From positions 1,824,001-1,888,000 of the forward strand of contig OZ244188.1 in NCBI GenBank assembly GCA_965216635.1: a DNA stretch of 64,000 nt. Reading direction: 5' to 3'. Position numbers and translations under genes: made by a program. Positions 59,726 to 64,000 of the stretch are shown piece after piece. The notes beneath the pieces were generated by a model. The model worked only from the letters and a program-made list of their open reading frames with translations. It did no database searches and was not told where the DNA came from. The first letter of the stretch is position 1, and the number at the start of each line of letters is the position of its first letter. This DNA comes from a bacterium (GTDB taxonomy: Bacteria > SAR324 > XYD2-FULL-50-16 > G965216635).

Positions 59726-60652
59726 TTAGCGAAAAAATTTATACAACTCCCTCAATTCTTGCTGACTGTTTTCTGCAGTTTCTATGCTAAACTTTATTTT
59801 TTGTTTCGGTCTTAATTGGGAAATTTTAAAAGTATCTACTGCTGGAATATAACCCAATTTAGAATATCCTCCGATGGTTTGGCAATCTTTCATTAAAACA
59901 ATCGGAAACCCTTGTTTAGGTACTTGCACTGTCCCATAAGCTAGGCTCTCTGAAGGTAAGTTGGTTATTTTAGGAATTATCTTTTTTCCTTCTAGCCGAA
60001 ATCCCATTCTATCTGAATTGAGACTAATACTGTGCTCGTTCTTTAAAAAACTTTGCAGCTCTTTTTTCTCAAAAAGACTCTCCACATCTTCATTCAAAAC
60101 AATCCGTACTGTGAGGGGTTTTTTAGCATTCGGTTTTAAGTATTGCGGAATAAGTTCTCGTATCAAAAGAGCTGGATTTTGCAGTTTTACTTTACTATAG
60201 GGTAAGGTTTGTTTACTCAGTCTTTTTCCAGCGTTGGCTCCTACTCCTAGTTTAAAATTGGTAGCGTAACTGTTTTTGAACGGTTGCAAATCAAAACTTT
60301 CTTGCACTGCTAGATAATTGAGACTGCCGCAGGTTACTTCTTTAATTTCAATAGTATCTCCAGCTTTTACTGGAAAACGAGACCACACTGGAATTTTTTT
60401 TTGATTGTATAGTAAAAGACAATCCGCACCCGTAATAGCTACATTGGTATCTTCCAAAACCTCTGCTTGAAAATTGCCCATAAAAATTTCTACGGCGTTG
60501 TGAGGATTATGGTTCTGCAAAAGGTGTTGTGCCATAAGGTAAGCGTATTCGTCTAAAGCTCCAGACAAGCCCAAACCTATTTTATGGTAACCGTATCTAC
60601 CTAAATCTTGGATTAGGCTGCGAATACCAGCTTTAAGAATTTTTAGTGCCAA
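59726..60652 (-). CDS. pxpC: 5-oxoprolinase subunit C (KipA-like)
   Basis: IQDLGRYG, SGALD, SDRMGFRL, QTIGGY; TTG start 5 nt after AGGAGG. Confidence 0.88.
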   Translation of the reverse strand: MALKILKAGIRSLIQDLGRYGYHKIGLGLSGALDEYAYLMAQHLLQNHNPHNAVEIFMGNFQAEVLEDTNVAITGADCLLLYNQKKIPVWSRFPVKAGDTIEIKEVTCGSLNYLAVQESFDLQPFKNSYATNFKLGVGANAGKRLSKQTLPYSKVKLQNPALLIRELIPQYLKPNAKKPLTVRIVLNEDVESLFEKKELQSFLKNEHSISLNSDRMGFRLEGKKIIPKITNLPSESLAYGTVQVPKQGFPIVLMKDCQTIGGYSKLGYIPAVDTFKISQLRPKQKIKFSIETAENSQQELRELYKFFR

Positions 60653-61325
60653 GTGTCCCTCCTTTATTAAGAAATATTTTTTTAGAAATGGGTTCAAATT
60701 TTACTCTATCGCCTACTTGCAGTAGACAAGGATTTTCTTTTTTCCAATCCACCATAGAAAGATAGGTTTTGCCAATAAGATTCCAACCTCCAGGACTAGA
60801 GTCTGGATAAATTGCCGTTTGCTCGTTTGCAATAGCAATAGAGCCAGTAGGAATTTGCAGCCTAGGATCGCTCCTGCGAGGAATGTGAAGTTTTTTTTCT
60901 AAATCCCCTAAATAACCAAAACCCGGTCTAAAACCTATCGCATATACTTCATAAATAGGATGACTATGTATTTTTATAATTTCGTCTAAGGATAGATTCT
61001 TTGTTTGCTTGATCTCTTCTAAATCCAAACCAACTTCTGTTCCGTAATATACAGGAATTGTGTGGGTTTCGCTTTTAACAAGCGATTTTTTTTTACTGGA
61101 TAAATTGGATTCATTTTCTTGGAAAAGTTTTTGAATTTTTTGGATAAAATCTGTGTAGGAAATCTTTAAAATATCGTAATACACAAGCAGACTAAAATAG
61201 GCAAGAGTCGTATCTAAAATATAATCACTAAACTTTTCTTCCAATAAGTCAGCAAAAGGCAGTAGTTTTTGTCTGTCGGTTTCCTTAATCAAAAGGCTGT
61301 TATCACTGGCGGGGTAGGTTTTCAT
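60633..61325 (-). CDS. pxpB: 5-oxoprolinase subunit B (KipI-like)
   Basis: IPVYYG...DL, IGFRPGFGYLG, IYP.SSPGGWNLIGKT. Confidence 0.9.
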   Translation of the reverse strand: MKTYPASDNSLLIKETDRQKLLPFADLLEEKFSDYILDTTLAYFSLLVYYDILKISYTDFIQKIQKLFQENESNLSSKKKSLVKSETHTIPVYYGTEVGLDLEEIKQTKNLSLDEIIKIHSHPIYEVYAIGFRPGFGYLGDLEKKLHIPRRSDPRLQIPTGSIAIANEQTAIYPDSSPGGWNLIGKTYLSMVDWKKENPCLLQVGDRVKFEPISKKIFLNKGGTLGTKNS

Positions 61326-61474
61326 TGTTTTTAGGTCTCAAAGTTTTCAGGTCTCAAAATGTTTATTAAAATTTTTAGCTTAAAGTAAAAATTTTTTTTG
61401 AATATTTTTGTAAAATAGTTTATCCTCTTAAGAAAAACTTACACTAACCAAAAAATTAGCTAAAGAACAATTTA

Positions 61475-62506
61475 ATGCAATACAAAAATTTAGGAAACTC
61501 CGATTTAAAAGTCAGCCGTATTTGTCTTGGTACAATGACTTTTGGAGAACAAAATAGCGAACAAGAAGCCTTTGAACAACTAGACTACAGTTGGCAACAA
61601 GGAGTCAATTTTTTAGATACTGCTGAGATGTATTCTGTACCTACAAAAAAAGCAACCTACGGCAAAACAGAAACGATTGTCGGAAATTGGATAAAGCAAA
61701 GAAAAAATAGAGCACAGGTTATCATCGCAACGAAAGTTGTAGGTCCTAAAATACCCTACATTAGAGGCGGCAGCAGACTTACCAAAAAGCAGATTCTGCA
61801 AGCAATAGAAGACAGCCTTAAAAGACTACAAACAGACTATGTGGATCTTTACCAACTCCATTGGCCCGAGAGACAAACCAATATATTTTCTAGATTGGAC
61901 TTTACTGCTCCAGAAAACGAAGAAGCAATAGAGATATTGGAGAGCTTAGAAGCACTAGGAGAATTAGTGCAATCTGGGAAAGTGCGTTATATTGGAGTTT
62001 CTAATGAAACTCCTTGGGGAATTAGTCAATTTCTACGACTTTGTAAAGAACACAACTTGCCAAAAATTATATCTATTCAAAATTCTTATAATCTGATTAA
62101 TAGAATTTATGAAATAGGTCTTGCTGAATTTAGTTTTCGGGATGCTATAGATTTACTGCCCTATTCTCCTCTCGGTTTTGGAGCCTTGAGCGGGAAATAT
62201 TTGCACGGACAGAAACCACCAAAAGGCAGGCTAACACTTTTCCCAGAATTTGGGAGATACACTAAACCTAACGGAATTAAAGCTACCGAAGACTACTTTA
62301 AATTAGCCCAAAAATATAAACTGGATCCAGCAGCAATGGCTTTGGCGTTTATCAATAGTAGGTTCTTTGTAGGTAGCAATATTATTGGAGCTACTACTAT
62401 GGAACAGCTGAAAACCAATATAGATTCTATAGATTTGGAATTGCCTCCAGAATTATTAGCAGAGATAGAAGCTATTCATAAAAATAATCCCAACCCTGCT
62501 CCCTAA
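61475..62506 (+). CDS. tas: NADP(H)-dependent aldo-keto reductase Tas
   Basis: ICLGTMTFGEQN, DTAEMY, DLYQLHWP, GVSNETPWG, NPAP. Confidence 0.9.
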   Translation: MQYKNLGNSDLKVSRICLGTMTFGEQNSEQEAFEQLDYSWQQGVNFLDTAEMYSVPTKKATYGKTETIVGNWIKQRKNRAQVIIATKVVGPKIPYIRGGSRLTKKQILQAIEDSLKRLQTDYVDLYQLHWPERQTNIFSRLDFTAPENEEAIEILESLEALGELVQSGKVRYIGVSNETPWGISQFLRLCKEHNLPKIISIQNSYNLINRIYEIGLAEFSFRDAIDLLPYSPLGFGALSGKYLHGQKPPKGRLTLFPEFGRYTKPNGIKATEDYFKLAQKYKLDPAAMALAFINSRFFVGSNIIGATTMEQLKTNIDSIDLELPPELLAEIEAIHKNNPNPAP

Positions 62507-62515
62507 CTCATAAGC

Positions 62516-62749
62516 GAGACTGTTGAACTTTAGCATTATAGGAAAGCTAGACAAGGCGCGAAAATTTTTTACCCAAGAGGAATACTGGAGTATTTTGAAT
62601 GATAAAAAATTTGATCAACAGCGTAGTGCCACAATAATGGGAGCAGGCACTACAAAACTTAGCAAGACCACAAATAGACTGCTAAAGCCTGTATAAAGTG
62701 AACGCAGTAAGCCTGTTGCGTAAACTAGAATGTCTAATTCAATAGTCTC
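62516..62749. mobile_element. Palindromic MITE-like element (second end type)
   Basis: TIRs gagactgttgaa / ttcaatagtctc; internal ggaatactggagtatttt, cactacaaaactta and gctaaagcctgtat shared with the 46238 copy. Confidence 0.75.
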
Positions 62750-62759
62750 AAAAAGTGAA

Positions 62760-63467
62760 ATGAAAGAATATAAATACTACCCCCTCCTCTGTGGTCTTTT
62801 TGTAGCGTCTTTGTTGACGAGCAATATTTTATCCGCAGCTAAAATTGTAGATTTGGGAATTAGTCTATTTGGCACTGCCTTAGTGCTAGATGCAGGAACC
62901 TTTATTTTTCCTTTGTGTTATATTTTAGGAGATTTACTCACAGAGGTTTATGGTTATAAAAAAACTAAAAAAGTAATTTGGATAGGATTTTTTTCTTCTG
63001 TTGTCTTAATCGGCTCTGTTTATCTTGTGGCACTGCTCCCCGCAGAAACGATTTGGCAGCAAGAAGTAGGCGACGATGCCTATCAAAAAATACTCGGTAG
63101 TATTGCAAATGGAGGAATTTTTATTGCTAGTCTTGTTGCCTATTTGATTGGTGAATTTTCTAATTCGGCTGTTCTTTCTAAAATGAAAATTCTTACCGCT
63201 GGAAAAATGCTTTATTTGAGAACTATGAGTAGCACCGTTATTGGACAATTTTTAGATAGCCTTATTTTCATTTTGATTGCCTGTCTTTTGGGGGTCTTCC
63301 CTTGGGAGATATTTACCAATTTGCTTTTGACTGCTTTTTTGTTTAAGGTTGCTTTTGAATTTATCTTTACCCCTGTCTTATACTTATTAGCCAATTTTTT
63401 GAAAAAACAAGAAAAACTAGATACTTACGACCATAAAATCAATTACAATCCTTTCTCTTTGAAGTAG
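62760..63467 (+). CDS. yhhQ: Queuosine precursor transporter (Vut_1/YhhQ)
   Basis: FPL.YILGD.LTEVYG, ASLVAY.IGEF, RT..ST..GQ..DS, YNPF. Confidence 0.9.
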   Translation: MKEYKYYPLLCGLFVASLLTSNILSAAKIVDLGISLFGTALVLDAGTFIFPLCYILGDLLTEVYGYKKTKKVIWIGFFSSVVLIGSVYLVALLPAETIWQQEVGDDAYQKILGSIANGGIFIASLVAYLIGEFSNSAVLSKMKILTAGKMLYLRTMSSTVIGQFLDSLIFILIACLLGVFPWEIFTNLLLTAFLFKVAFEFIFTPVLYLLANFLKKQEKLDTYDHKINYNPFSLK

Positions 63468-63470
63468 AAA

Positions 63471-64000
63471 ATGATATTAACCACAGTATTAGAAATTGTA
63501 AATAATTTTTTTGAAATTGTAAGAATTATGGTACTACCCGCAGTATTGGAGGTTGTGAAAATTTTTGTTGAAATCGGGATTGCACTAGGTTTGTTTTATC
63601 TAGGCTATCAAGCCAATAGAATTGCAAAAAGTAATCTGGAACTTGCAGTAACTAAAGATGAAAGAGACCTTTTTTATGCCGTCTATACAAAATTAGTAGA
63701 TGCTTGCAAGGCGTTTAGAAAACTAGCACTTCCTTCGAACAGAAGCATCAAAGATAATGAATTTTTAGATATGTTAGAGATTTTTTATGAAGCTAGTGAA
63801 CATGCAAGATTGTTTCTTCCTAAAGAAATTGAGAATTATATAAGAGACATAGAAAAAAAAGCATGGAAATATAATGATTTACGCAGCATAGGTAAATATG
63901 GATTATCAAAAGAAGAAAAACGAGAAAAGCAAAAATTACGTAGAGAGATTAGTTTAAAAGAACACCATCAAATTTTTTCTCCTTATCTAAAACTTAGAGC
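63471..64000 (+). CDS. Hypothetical membrane-anchored protein, runs off the right edge
   Basis: Open frame from ATG 63471 to the window end; TM helix then ANRIAK...ARLFLPKEI. Confidence 0.65.
   Translation, partial: MILTTVLEIVNNFFEIVRIMVLPAVLEVVKIFVEIGIALGLFYLGYQANRIAKSNLELAVTKDERDLFYAVYTKLVDACKAFRKLALPSNRSIKDNEFLDMLEIFYEASEHARLFLPKEIENYIRDIEKKAWKYNDLRSIGKYGLSKEEKREKQKLRREISLKEHHQIFSPYLKLR

Noticed and set aside
62507..62760. preQ1 riboswitch upstream of yhhQ
   Set aside because: No preQ1 consensus is visible; the interval is occupied by the repeat element.
2241..63394. Numerous short ORFs overlapping longer genes (e.g. 2241-2495, 8057-8392, 18085-18567, 26310-26696, 54600-55052, 56495-56827, 57954-58430)
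   Set aside because: Antisense or alternate-frame shadows of well-supported CDSs, with no motifs of their own.

Overview
AT-rich chromosome segment of a Gram-negative, probably host-associated bacterium (standard code; no rRNA, tRNA or CRISPR seen). Housekeeping genes lie at the ends: an Hsp70/HscA-like chaperone, grxC and a NUDIX hydrolase on the left; a TRAP transporter, pxpBC, tas and yhhQ on the right. Between them is a large accessory region with five main parts. (1) Surface-polysaccharide genes: two GT10 paralogues, an epimerase, a GT2, a His-type ColD/E1-like PLP enzyme, a NoeA-like gene, a capsule-synthesis gene and pseF; parts were duplicated with reciprocal deletions. (2) An IS5 element. 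(3) A CDI/two-partner secretion locus: Sel1 protein, TpsB, a 3022-aa TpsA with two TPS domains, triplicated lipoproteins and about 9 kb of orphan toxin tips and immunity genes. (4) A defence cluster: HindIII-like and CfrBI-like RM systems with broken endonucleases, a motor-less type I/IIB-like RM with an embedded DUF4145 gene, an Mrr-like nuclease, a PanAT pair and HicBA. (5) A family of palindromic MITE-like intergenic elements. The most striking unexplained signal is a ~420-nt densely base-paired region (43953-44370) with recurring A(A/G)CCA hairpin loops, ending in a terminator. It lies directly behind a 124-aa unknown gene with a consensus promoter and is a candidate new protein/ncRNA system. 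All family assignments come from motif recognition by eye, not database searches.
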